Of a stretch of 64,000 bases of DNA, positions 38,783 to 51,605 are shown in pieces (position 1 is the stretch's first letter; each line of letters opens with the position of its first letter). Below the pieces are notes generated by a model. That model was not told where the DNA came from, did not search any database, and was given only the letters and a program-made list of their open reading frames with translations. A program made the position numbers and the translations under genes. This stretch comes from Cirrosporium novae-zelandiae (Eukaryota). The stretch spans positions 186,001 through 250,000 of the forward strand of contig JAPETS010000009.1 in NCBI GenBank assembly GCA_026023565.1, given 5' to 3'.

Positions 38783-39822
38783 ATGGCAGACCCTGGCGAT
38801 AGTATCGAAGCTGACACCAATGATCAACATAGCGAGGATGATGACGATGAGACCCTTCCGCGTTCTATTACTTCGTCCATCTATCAATATCGAGAGGAAA
38901 ACGGTAAACGCTTTTCCTTGATTTAGTTGGACGCTAGCACACGGCAAGACTTAACTCTTTCTACGCAGGCCATACCTACCATGCATACAAAGACGGCCTT
39001 TATCCCTATCCTAATGACCCCAATGAGCTGGATCGATTGGATCTGCAACATCATCTTCTCAAATTGACCCTGGGACAAAGACTGTTTCTAGCTCCCATCA
39101 AAAAGAACCCTCAAAATGTACTGGATATTGCTACGGGCACTGGAGTTTGGGCTGGCGAATTTGCCGACGACTATCCTTCGTGCCTGGTGACGGCAAACGA
39201 CCTTAGCCCGAGTCAGGCATTCGAGCTTCCCCCCAATGTTTTGTTCGAGGTGGATGATGCGAATGAGCCTTGGATTTACCATCGCAGATTTGATTTTATC
39301 CATGCGAGACAACACCATGGAGCCGTGGAAGAAAAGAGGCTTATGCAACAGAGCCTGGAGTTTCTCCATCCTGAAGGCTGGTTGGAAATGCAGGAATATT
39401 CCTTTCCTATGAAATGCGACGATAACACTTTCCCTAGTGACTGTTCCCTATATAAATGGTCAGAATTGATGGTCGAGGCATCGAGACAGATAGGCCAAGA
39501 CCTGCATAAACCTGTGTATTACGAGCAATGGATGAAAGATGCAGGCTTTGTTAACGTCAAGGCCATGGTATACAAAATACCGACGAACAAATGGCCAAGG
39601 GAGAAGAATGAAAAAACGAAAGGGCTGTGGCAAATGGCAAATATCTTGCAAGGCCTATCGGGTGTTACGTTAGCCCTGTTCACAAGGGTTTTGGGCTGGC
39701 AGGCCTCGGAGATTGAGGAATTTCTAAAAGGTGTGCAGAAGGATATCAGGAATAGAAATATCCATGCGTACTGGGAATTCTATGCCGTCTATGGACAAAA
39801 GTCGAAGATTGCTGTCTGTTGA
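38783..39822 (+). CDS. LaeA-like SAM-dependent methyltransferase
   Basis: ATG at 38783. YREENG|HTYHAYKDGLYPYPNDPNELDRLDLQH, VLDIATGTGVWAGEFAD, DLSP, FDFIHAR, LHPEGWLEMQE, VYGQK. Confidence 0.9.
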
Positions 39823-40265
39823 AATATTTGATTGATACCTAGAATGTTCTACGGGGTTATGTTATTCGCGTATCCAGGAGCATCAAGAGATGGCCAGGAT
39901 ACAAACACCATACTCGAGTAATACCTCTGTTGGAAATGATGCGAGGGGCAGAGAAGCGAAGCATCCGGGTGGCATGGTTGGTGGGAGGGCATTGGTCAAT
40001 GTGCAGGACAGGATGCCGCTAAGGTTGGGACGGCCCGCACGGAGCGGCCCGTTAACGCGACCAGAGGCTGAAAACCGGAAACCTGGAACTCTGCACCCAC
40101 CGTTCCAAAGATACATGACAATCAATATAAAACAGAACAGCTTCGAGACCCTGCAGTACCAGCAGTAGTGTTAAAAATAACAAGGGTACCATTCTTTGAC
40201 CGTAAGCTTCCTCTCAATAGCCTTCCACTGTATTATCTACCACCTCCAAATCATTGTATGCTATA

Positions 40266-40993
40266 TTAGCCAATTTCTTTCTTATCTTTCTCCTCCTTTC
40301 TCTTGCGCCCAAAGAACCTCGAGAATTTTCTTGTCATTGGTATTATCCGGCCGCCCCACGTCTTCCTACGTTTTATGTCCTTGCGAGAAGTGCCAGAAGG
40401 AAAGCAGAACCAATCTTGGGAAGGATGGGAAGGTGCCTGTAATTCATGCATGTTAGTTCGACTCCGATATACGGCTATCAGCATTAACAGGGTTGGAACA
40501 TAATGATAAGGCGTTCCCACCCCTTTTCCAGAAACCAATCCGCATCTCACGATAATACGTCGAATCACCCGCAAATATAGGTGCCAAGAAGATAAAAAAT
40601 ACCTCTAACTGACCACCCTTTTCTAAACTCACGATAGTGTATAAAGAATAGTTAAACAATGCAATAAACAATATGACCTTCAACTTACATCAACGAGCTT
40701 CAGTCTTTCAGACCCGGGAGCAATTCCAAGCGCAGACAGAACCTCTTCCGAGAAGTTTTCAGAGGCAGTTGGTATCGCGGGTAGCACATGCTGGGAAGGT
40801 AGGCTAGTTGTGCCGACGGAATAGCACGGGCGAGAGATGAGAGGGAGACCTGATGGAATAGACGTGCAGACTGATTTTAGGCCTAGCCGATTGCTTGGGC
40901 GGCGACCTTGTTGTGGACGTGGTGTTGGAAGCGGTAGTAGTGGTGGCGATGGTGGTGGTGTTGCGGTTGCTGGTCGTGAATGATAATGGATGT
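40266..40993 (-). CDS. Candidate last two exons of an unannotated orphan gene (5' part unresolved)
   Basis: Exon 40993-40689 is an open Pro-rich frame preceded by CTAAT..TAG. GTAAGT donor at 40688, CTAAC branch at 40456, CAG acceptor at 40437. In-phase terminal exon APSHPSQDWFCF...KKEIG*. Confidence 0.4.
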
Positions 40994-43900
40994 CTAAGTG
41001 ATCAGGTAATTAGCTTTTGAGACCTGAAAGATATAACATACTCCTCCCTAGCACTCTACCAAGTGAGTAGCCCAAGGAAGACGATGCTGTTTATGAGAAA
41101 GAAATCGAGCCATGACAGACCAAGTCCCAATAAACTCCTATCTGCTTCATGCCATTCATTACTGTTCTTGCACCAAGGACTAGGAGGCATAATTGATATA
41201 ATACGATATATTCGATTCAAACGAATGAAAAAGGGAAGGTATGATTGATGGATGAGGTTGGTATAAACTAGCTCGCCTGGTATTGCTGCGGTTGTTGTCG
41301 TGCCTTGTTTGGAGGTGTGAAATTTCTAACGCGTGAGTTTTGTTAGTCTTGATGTACGTGTCTATGCATTTGATTGGAAAGGAATAACCTGCTTCTGGAA
41401 GGAGGTCCTTCTGAAGTTTAGATTTTCTGACACAAGGTTTGTTAATACCGACATTGCTTATCCTTTCCCCTCCTGCATCATCATCCGTCTTCCGGCGATA
41501 AATAATATTCGTATGTCGTAAGCAGGAAATATCAATCTCCTTTCTTCCTCTCCCTGCATCTCAGCTTGCCTCTTGAGTAGTTGATCTCGCTTGCTTAATA
41601 TTCCCTTTGGAGAATCGATTTTAGACTTTAGAGAATGGCGTGTCTATTTGTTTTTGAAGAGGGGTGTTTTGAGGCTCTCGGATGTGTATGGGTAGTTGGA
41701 GGGGGATGTATATAATGGATGGTTAATAATGAGGACGGTGTGGTTGAGGACCTCTTTTAAAGTGCGGACGGAGTGATTAGAATAAGGCGAAGGGGTTATG
41801 AAGAGGGATAGATTTTGATCCCAGACGTCATTAACTTTGCCAATCTGCTTCATCTTATTTTGTCTCTCAAGGTACTCTAAATGTTTATACTGTTTATACA
41901 ATCTTGGACGAGTTTCATGAATTTCATTTGCTGAAGGAGTGCTCACCATAAACGCTTTGAGTTTTATACTAACGCACATGAAAGAGATACTGAACCAATT
42001 CAACCATACCTGGACGAACAGCCCACGAACCTACAAGTACGGTTAAACAAAATTACCATTTTGGGCCGGCTAGTCAGTGCTCCCCCAAAGTGTGCTTTCC
42101 TGATTTGACATAATTTGCCTCCCTTTGCCTTTTGTTAACTATCAGTTTATTAATATGCATTCGTAGCGCCTATGATAGAACATAGCTAGGACGTTTGGGG
42201 TAGTAAGAGACGATAAAAGTAGATGCTGATCTGGCTGTAGATAAATAAATTGCGAAGTCGTGGAAATGAGAGATTATCTCGACCTGCTGCTCTTCGAAAA
42301 TGGAAAGGAGATGGCTGTTCGGCTCAATCATGTTGCTTGCGGATATTCGTTGGGTCGGGGGGGTTGTGATAGCTAGCACGAGAGATAGGTGAAATGCGGG
42401 GTGAGGTGAGGGGGGTGGATTTGTACGGCGATATACTGAGGTAATTACATCATGTAATGCAGTGAGATGACACAATTTTGAACTCGCTTCCAATTGTACT
42501 GGCCTTTACCTACAATCACAATCAAGATAATACTCTGGACTAGACTACAACCACCCCGCTCAAAACATGAATAGAGTCATTGCTTACATATACATATTTT
42601 GCTTTGTAGTCAAGATGGCTGCCTTATTGTCGAGGCTATGCTGAATGTCTTCTTCTGCTCACTGGAAAAAGATCAGTTATGTATATATGTGCTTGGTTTA
42701 GAGAGGTAACTAGTAGAAATCATAATATGATGGTTAGAAAATGGAAATCGAGAACACCCAATCGAGGCTCAGGAATCATTGACATACTTCCACTTACCTT
42801 GTTTCAGCCATATTCTCCAAGACGGTCCTAATCTAAGTGCCAAGGTAAGAATGTGAATAGCAGGCCGCGTTAAAACTTAGTTGCCTTTTTTGCTCACTGT
42901 AGAAAGCAAACGCATCAGAATGCACTAGCGCCCACGCCTATTTATGACCCTCCTCTCACTTCTTCTTTCTTTCTTTCTCTTTCTCTTTCCTTGTGCTGGT
43001 CGCCCCCATGGCCCACCATGGGAACCTGAGATTGATTCTCAGTTAGTCCCGAGAAGACTCTAGGCTGGGCGCCATTGGCGGCGGCATGATCATTTTCAGT
43101 CCTACAAGGACTTTGGATGCACATAGTGCAATAGCCATTCTGTCTCGGTCTTAAGAACCTGCTTTCTGTATTCCACAAGGAAGTTATGGGAATCACTGTC
43201 TGCCTCATCATGGGCCGAGTGGTTGTTGGTTGGTTGGGGTTAGTGGAACGATAGAGCGGAGTGGTATCACTATGTACTACCGCCTGTGTTCGGGGTTTGG
43301 CTTCGGGTTCCTGGTTTACTTTGGCATTGATCGTCGACTATATCATTATAGACTAACGGTCAACGTTGGATAGGTTAGGCACCCACTGAAGATCGTCATC
43401 TGCCTCATCATGGGCAAGAGGGTCTTTTCTCCCAAGGCCAGCAACTTAGTTGCTAGCCTTGGGCGTTCCGTCTTTAGACGGAGCGTACCAGCGTCGAGCT
43501 CGCACTTCTACGCAGTGCTGGTGATTAGTAGCCTAAATAGGCGAAGCTAGGACGAGCTCACATTGATTTATTGTTTAGCTGTTCATTGATACGTTACTGA
43601 ATGGATTGTGCTCATCTTCTTGACACTCTTGAAAATTGGGATGGAGGTTTATTCAGGTCCTCGTGGATTGATACCGTGATAACTGCAAACGTGGCTTTTT
43701 ACTCCTATTGCATTTGGACATTGGAATTAATGACTCTGGGCTCGGAATATGGACCATGTTCTTGTATCAATGTATCTTTTGCACTTTTAATCCTATCGCC
43801 GGACAATTCATATAGAAATAGCTCAATAACCATAGAGATAAACAAACGTTAAAACGTGTTATAAATCTATTTAGTAAGGGATAGAGCTAGAAAGGGATAG

Positions 43901-44243
43901 ATGTCGTGAATATCGGGAACCAGAACCGACGGCATAAAAAAATTGGGACAAATGGGCTTGATAAAGTACACCAAACCCCAGAACTCCTTATGATAAGATA
44001 GATGATAATAGAGATCAAAAAAATGAAACTTAATGACATTGCAGCCTCAAAATTTGGAGGAGAACCATTTAATACAAAGCTTCCCCGGATTTCCAGTGTC
44101 TCCCCACAGAGATCACCACAATCTCCACTAATTATCTAGTTTCCCATCCAAGAAGAAACCAGCCGGCCCATCTCCATCTCCAACCCAGTTCTCCATCCCA
44201 TTCTCCTACCACCCTCCAACAATCCACCCTTCCCTCCATCACC

Positions 44244-45683
44244 ATGGATCCCGCTTATCTTACGCACACGTTACGCACCATCTACCACCCCCCCCTCTCC
44301 GACCCAATCCACACCGTCGGTCCCACAACCCTCTCCCTCCTCTCCAAAACGCCACATGACCTCCTCCAACTCGCCGACGAAAAACTCCACGTGTTTCCCT
44401 TCTCCAGCGTCCAGCCATGCTGGCGCCGACTATACATGGATGCGAGCCTCGTGCTTGCGATCCAAGCCATCCAGCGACACATAGAACAAAAACCACCCCA
44501 ACAACATCATCCCGTATCAGAACAAAATGGAGGACTACTACTAGAAATGGATAGTGGTGATGATGATGGGGAGTCGTCCATGTCCATGATGATAGAGACG
44601 AGCGAGGAGGAAAATTTATTATCGGGTTGGCTGGATGAGGTAGTGAGGTTGGTTGATATGGGGATTATCATGACTGGGGGGTGTGGGAGGGAAGAGATGG
44701 TGGAGGAGCTGTTTGAGGAATTGGAGCGCGAGATTGCGGCGGAATCGGCGTTACAGTATACGGACTACAGGCCTAGGAAGAGACGGAGGAGAAACACAAG
44801 TCTAGATTCGTGTTCTGGGTTGGAATTGGGAAAGGAAACTGTTGCTCTTTTACCAGAATTACGAAATCCGCTTCCGCGAACGTCCATGTCGCTCGGCGCG
44901 TTTGAGAAGTACCTTGCTGAAAATCCGATGCCTAAGCCTATTGTGATTACCGGTGCAATGGATCATTGGCCGGCCCTGTCTAAAGAACGAGCTTGGACGA
45001 ATCCTGAATACTTGATGGCTCGCACATTTCATGGAAGACGGCTTGTGCCTATCGAACTAGGACGCAGTTATACGGACGAAGGCTGGGGGCAGGCAATTAT
45101 TACATTCAAAGAATTGATGGAAAAACATATAATAAGAAGAAATAATGATGGTGGTGAGGATACACCTACGGGTTATCTTGCACAATACGATTTATTTGCT
45201 CAGGTACCTGCACTGAGGAATGACATCTCTATCCCAGACTACTGCTATACTACACCGCCACCACCCGTGGAAGGAACTCCACTGGCAGAAAAGGAGCAAC
45301 GAAAGCTGGAAGAACCATTGATAAACGCATGGTTTGGGCCTGCGGGAACAATCTCCCCCCTACACACCGATCCTTATCACAACATCCTATGTCAGGCGGT
45401 AGGGCGCAAGTATTTACGGCTATATAGCCCGAAGGAGACGGACAAGCTCTATCCGAGAGGTATAGAAGATGGTATAGATATGAGTAACACAAGTCAGGTG
45501 GACATTGCGGCTATGGAATTGGATCCTACAGACGGTGAAGATAGTGAGTTCCCGCTGGCCAAGGATGCAGAATATTTTGAAACCATACTCAATGCAGGGG
45601 AATGTCTGTATATCCCAGTGGGATGGTGGCATTACGTGAGGAGTCTAAGTGCCAGCTTCAGTGTGAGCTTTTGGTGGAATTGA
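44244..45683 (+). CDS. JmjC-domain protein, JMJD5/KDM8-like 2OG-Fe(II) hydroxylase
   Basis: [45 protein letters not shown] (HxD), [23 protein letters not shown]. Confidence 0.92.
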   Translation: MDPAYLTHTLRTIYHPPLSDPIHTVGPTTLSLLSKTPHDLLQLADEKLHVFPFSSVQPCWRRLYMDASLVLAIQAIQRHIEQKPPQQHHPVSEQNGGLLLEMDSGDDDGESSMSMMIETSEEENLLSGWLDEVVRLVDMGIIMTGGCGREEMVEELFEELEREIAAESALQYTDYRPRKRRRRNTSLDSCSGLELGKETVALLPELRNPLPRTSMSLGAFEKYLAENPMPKPIVITGAMDHWPALSKERAWTNPEYLMARTFHGRRLVPIELGRSYTDEGWGQAIITFKELMEKHIIRRNNDGGEDTPTGYLAQYDLFAQVPALRNDISIPDYCYTTPPPPVEGTPLAEKEQRKLEEPLINAWFGPAGTISPLHTDPYHNILCQAVGRKYLRLYSPKETDKLYPRGIEDGIDMSNTSQVDIAAMELDPTDGEDSEFPLAKDAEYFETILNAGECLYIPVGWWHYVRSLSASFSVSFWWN

Positions 45684-45725
45684 GCTTTGGCTGGGATTGA
45701 AAACATTTGGATTCCTCTTAAACAA

Positions 45726-47245
45726 CTATATTATTGGAATACTTGTGGTTTCTGCAACAGTGGGAGGCTCTAACTGAGCACTCTGGACTTTATGTGCCCA
45801 AGGGGGTTCACCGTCATCATCAAATTCAGCCCATGTGAAGAAACCACACCTGAAACATCGTTAGCAAACTCGGGATTCTTCCTATCCTTACTAAATGCTT
45901 AACTGACCCTTCTTTCCCAGGAGCTGCGTTGACATCACACGTCCACATATATCTTCCCCGGTTCTCCTTGGACCTCTGGACACACCGAAGGATAGCGGCC
46001 ACACCACATTTACACTTGGGGGTATATTTTGGGTGAAGAGAATCTCGATAGCATCGATACGTCACATTGATCCTCTTATTTCCAGATATAGGATGAGGGT
46101 CTATAGCCGCCGCAGGAGCGATACTATGCTTCCATTCCTCCTGCATCTCGCTGTGCATTACCAGTAATGAGTTATGTGGAAGGTGAATGGCAATTTGCCC
46201 TTCACTGTTCGCTCGGTGTCCATCTTTCACATCATCCTTTACTTTCTCATCTCGACCTAATATCTTGCGCACCCGGAATTCCCGAGCAACACCTAGACTT
46301 AGGCTTCCGATGACGGATCTGGGTCCGAGATACGTCAGTTGGTCAGAGTGGTAGCCCACACTCTCTGCGCCGCCTGCGTAGCAATTAACGAATGCCGCGT
46401 TGGGGATCCATTCCTTGGGAGACTGATATTTCAGCTTCTTTCCACCTGGATAACGTTCCTCGATTCTTTTCTTAATTTCTGCGTTTACCGCTACACGGAC
46501 CTTGATAGAGACATCTCGCATCTGTGATGTAAGCTGTCTTACGCCCTGACAGTGTAAGTCAGTAATATTACGACATAAAATGATGTTCAAAGTTCTTTAC
46601 CGTCAACAGCCGGCCATTGTAAACGTATTCTCTCTCTTGACGTTCCTTTTCCTCTTGGCTGTCCACATAGAACTGGGCCGTATGGGGGCTCTGCACCACA
46701 TTATCAAATAACTTGAATTCATTTCTCTTAAATGTCTTGGCTTCCTCCAATAATTCTAGCAATATATTGTTGGCTTCTTCAGGTGGCAGAAAATTGTGGA
46801 TAATAGAGCAAGGTGTATGATCAGCAATGTCATCAGGAGAGTAAAGATGAAGCGTCTGGCCCTTCTTCGTAAGATGCTGTTTGCGTGAGCCTGTACTGAC
46901 GGTTGGTTTGTCGAGCCTTGCGTAAGTTGTAAGAGAACTCTGATAGCCTATGGTAGCAGCAACCTTTCTCTTGGAACATGTTGCTGTTCCATTTGATTTA
47001 AGAGCTTCTAGAGTCTTTTGGACTGACCCATTTAAAGAAATCAGTAAATCCAATAGAGCAGGTTGGTCAATTGTTGGATGGAGCGAGGCGAGAATAGCTA
47101 GCTTCACGTCTGTAGAATCTTCATCTCCATCTTCATCTTCATCTTTAACCCCAGGGGAAGGAGAAAGCCCCTCGGGTTCAGGGAGGGGTTCTTCGATAGA
47201 AGGAGAGGAGATTTTTCGTCGTTTTCGGGATACGAACTTGTCCAT
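45726..47245 (-). CDS. AlkB-family 2OG-Fe(II) dioxygenase with N-terminal CUE-like domain and C-terminal GRF zinc finger, multi-exon
   Basis: CUE-like STDVKLAILASLHP..LLDLLISLNGSV. AFVNCY..VGYHSD (HxD), WKHSI, RINVTYR. GRF-type CKCG..C..NRGRYMWTC..|CGFFTWAEF. TAG at 45726-45728. Confidence 0.88.
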
Positions 47246-47616
47246 TTCTGCAGGTATTAATGAAGATCATGATGGTTTCTTCATAGAGAAAAAAAAAATC
47301 ACTTTTACAGTAACTGTGGATTAGAAATCTTCAACAAGGTGTAAATATTAGGAGCGAAAGTAGAAAGTGTATGCGAAACTTAGATGAACCTCGGCACGTC
47401 ATTTCCCCAGATGCGGCCGCACGACCCCTTCTATACGACCACCAACAAACCTCCGTATTCATCTAAAGACTTAGCAAACTCAGAAACATTACCCTTTCTC
47501 CTCCGACAATGCTCAAGGGAGAAATATCATCCTTCTGTTTCCCATCTCACGACAGTCCAGTTGACACCAACGATCCCTGAATAAGGCGGCCCTTCGGCCG
47601 AACCCCACCTTTTACA

Positions 47617-48811
47617 ATGCTTGAATTCCGTACCACAGGCTTCAATGGCTATAGTGTGAAATATTCGCCCTTTTATGATAGTCGTATTGCTGTTGCAGCA
47701 TCTGCAAACTTTGGCCTTGTGGGAAACGGGCGTGTGTATTTCTTGGAGCTTACACCCAAAGGCATAGTTCCTCTTAAATGGAAGGTATCCCTTCTTACTC
47801 CTAGCTTCTAGACTACATACAACCTCACTGCACCCCTGGTCCAATTCATTTGAATTCATCTGCAAGAACATCTTTATTCTGACAATTAATACAGGTATCC
47901 CACCCAAGATTCCCAATATGACATTACCTGGAGCGAATTACATGAGGACCAAGCCGCAATAGCATGCGGGGATGGGAGTATTAAGATATTCGATACGAAT
48001 GTGGATGAATTTCCCGTAAGGAGTTGGCAGGAACATAAAAGAGAAGTATTCTCTGTATGCTGGAACTTGGTGGATAAAGACACGCTGTGCTCCAGTTCTT
48101 GGGATGGGACGGTGAAAATAGTATGGCCTAGAACTTCCTCTCCTATATATTCAATGCTTATAGAACAATATCTAGTGGCGTCCCGATGTTCCAACCTCCC
48201 TCCTCACTCTCCCAACACATAGCTGCACATACTCTGCTCTATTTTCCCCGCATCACCCCAACCTAGTCACCTCCGTCTCTTCCGACTCTCTCCTCCGCCT
48301 CTTCGATCTACGCGCCCCCCCTTCCCCCTCCGGCGATCGTCTCGCACTCACAATTCCTATTTCGAATCCTCCATCCGAGGCCCTCACTCACGACTGGAAT
48401 AAATACCGAGATAACATAATAGCCACCGCTGGAGTTGATCGAGCAATAAGAGTTTTTGACATCCGAGCCGCCGGCCATGGCCCTATTTCCGAACTTACGG
48501 GCCATGAATACGCCGTGCGGCGTGTGACGTGGTCTCCCCATCTTTCCGACGTCCTATTATCGGCCTCTTACGACATGACATGCCGCGTCTGGAGCGACGG
48601 TAGCACTATCACGGGGAATATTCCCCCAACAATAACAGGAGGAGGCATGGGCACTGCAAAAGAAATGGGCCGAATGTCCCGACACACAGAATTCGTAACC
48701 GGAGTAGATTGGTGTCTATTCGGAGCCGAAGGCTGGTGTGCAAGTTGCGGATGGGATGAACGATTAGCAGTCTGGGACGTCAGGGCTATTATGGCTGCTG
48801 GAAGCGGATGA
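47617..48811 (+). CDS. PEX7: Peroxisomal targeting signal 2 receptor Pex7 (WD40), multi-exon
   Basis: MLEFRTTGFNGYSVKYSPFYDSRIAVAASANFGLVGNGR, EHKREVFSVCWN, SSSWDGTVKI, LTHDWNKY, SASYDMTCRVW, HTEFVTGVDW. Confidence 0.95.
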
Positions 48812-51605
48812 TAATTACTGTAATATTCATTAATTATTTATACTTTATACTTATATCAGAGAACCTCACGTATTACGTATACGTATAGATAGAAAAAAAA
48901 AGGGGGGGGGGCTCTCTGGAAGCAAGCGGCAGCAGAGAAACAAAACGCAAGGGGGACCCTAGGAACTCTAGGGATGAAAAAGAAAATGAGGTAGATGAAC
49001 CTTGTGTGTGTGGCATAGTTAACGAGGATTGGAAGGTAATGGAATTATTTGATACTGTAAAGTGTGTTTGTTTTTTTGTTGGAAAAAGAAGTTTGACCTT
49101 TAAGAATTCCTCTAATCTTTCCCTGTGTACCTAGGTAATTAATAACTCTTATAAATTCAGCATCTGGCATCCATCTTCATTAACTTAAGCCATGGATGAG
49201 GTGTTATGTGTGTGTGTGACTTCCTTCTTTCCTTTTTTTTCTTTCTTTCTTTCTACTGTACCATCATTCCTTTCGAGTCCCTCGTATTGATTCCTCCTTG
49301 TCTTCATCTTTATCTTCATCTTCCACTCTCTTTCTAAGCCAATCGCTCGCCTAACAAACGAGCTTAGCTATAGTCATTTATATATATATACGTACGTCTG
49401 TTATTACATCTACATGAGAAACACCTGTTCACGTTTACACATTTCTTTACTGCACTGTACCTAGACTAAAAGAAGGGACTGATTGACTGATAGATTTATG
49501 GATGTAGCCTATTGTATTGTATTATATTGTACATGTACGGCTCTGTTTGAGAATTCAGACCTGATTGCCTGCCCCTGGGGAGGGGAGTTCCATATTTCAC
49601 CCCCTTTATCCCGAGTACCTTTCGTACCTTGATTAATGAATGGGAGGAATAGAATAGAATAGAAAATAGAAAATATGAATATCCTACTAACCAACTACTT
49701 AGGTAACTAACTGATTAACTTTCTATATCTATATCTATACCATAGATCCAAGGTATCATTATTCATTATATTCCTTTCCCCTAGTTTGTATTACACCGCC
49801 CGCACATCCACACACACGTTCAAAAAAAAAAATAAAAAATAAAAATATATTCTCCCCCCCTCCCTCCCTGTACTTTATACAGTAGACAGACCCCAAGTCT
49901 AAACTTCTCACAGGTACAGTACCTAGGGTTATCTATCATGACCCCTTTTATCTTAAGAATTTCTATATTCCGTTTTTTTTTTCTGTGAGTTTATGAGTGA
50001 CGTTCATTTTACAAAATCCATATACATATATATTTTCATACTGTGAAAGCTGGTTGGTTGGCTTTTTTTTTTTTTTGGGTGGGAGCTGTGAGAGCTGTTG
50101 ATTTCGTAATGATAAGGGGTTGTTTGGTTTGATTGGATGGGTGAGGGGGGTAGAGTATATTATTATTTTTTATGTATGGGAAAGGGAAGGGAAGGGGGGT
50201 GGACGGGGTTGGGTTTGGATGTTGTGAATCTGTGGGGTATATGGGATATATGGGATATGTGCTAAGAGAGTGAGTGAGTGGGTAAGTGGGTGGTCCTTGA
50301 ATATCATCTCATGAACTAATATTGTATGTATCAGTACCCTTACTCAAAATCCCCAACAGGGCCCACCAACTTTCCCAATATTTTCTCCATCCCCCCCCGA
50401 CCCCCCAGCCTTATTTCTTCTCTATTGCTTCCTGACTACTGTATATAAGTTGGGTGATTCCCGCATACTCCATAATTCATATGTTATATATGTGTGTGTG
50501 TGTGTGTTATTCTTTCGTTTCTCTCGATAAGTCGATGCTGGACTCTGAACTTCTGGTTAGGTTGGAGGAAGTGGAGGAGGTATGAGATGGATAAAAAGAT
50601 AGATAGACCCCCCATGATGGATTAATTATTGATAGGTTTGGATGGAGGGTTGTAGGATTGTAGGATTGGGATTAGGATAGTGAATGGGTTCAGATTAAGA
50701 TAATAGATAGGTCTAAAGGCACGGACGGGACTGCTGGCTGCTTCTGGGGATATTGAACATGGTATTTTGTTCCGTCTTTTCTCACTCCATCATAGTAGGA
50801 TTTACTTGTACTTGATAACATTGTTTTCTTTTTCTTGAGTTGTAGTAGGGGTAAAATGAAGAAAGGAGTATAGTGTATAGTGTATAGCAAGTATCTACCT
50901 AGATACCTACTCGATGACATGCAACCATTGGGGTCGATAGTGATGACACGCACATATTCGAGAAAAAATAATTATTGCATACCTAGGCAATCAATCCAAT
51001 TAAACCAACCTATTACACCCCAGCCAGAATATATGTCCCTAATATCCCTAACAATATAATAATATACCCACAGCTCAAATAATTAGCGGATAGTCTATAA
51101 TCTATTCCATGTTCCTTTTTTTTTGGTTTTTAGTTAATTAGGTAGGTAGGTAAGAAAGAGTGTTTGTTTGTGTTTTTGTTGGGCTTGCTTGGCTTACTTT
51201 TCTAATAGTAACGAAATGAAGTTGGAATTCTTCTATTGAGTTGGGAATTTGGTGTGGTGTTGGTGAGAATGGAATGAAGTATCGGGTTAGGTATTTCAAG
51301 AATCTTATGCTTAGAGCCTGCCTTGCTTGGTCCATGTTCCATGGGGGTAATTTGATACTAAAAAAATCGACCTTGGAGTTGGATCAGTTGATCAATGGTC
51401 AGTTTACTTGGAGTTCGCATCTCCCTAAATTTATTTGTCAAAGTAAGCCATTTCTGACAAAAGGTGAAGACTATTGTATACTAAGACGATATGAAAGGTA
51501 AGAAGAATCAAAATGAAATTTTAACTATTGACTGACTGAACTGAATTGGTAAGGAAAAAAAAATCGCCAATAACTCCCTCGAGAACCAACCAGACTTCGT
51601 GCTAA

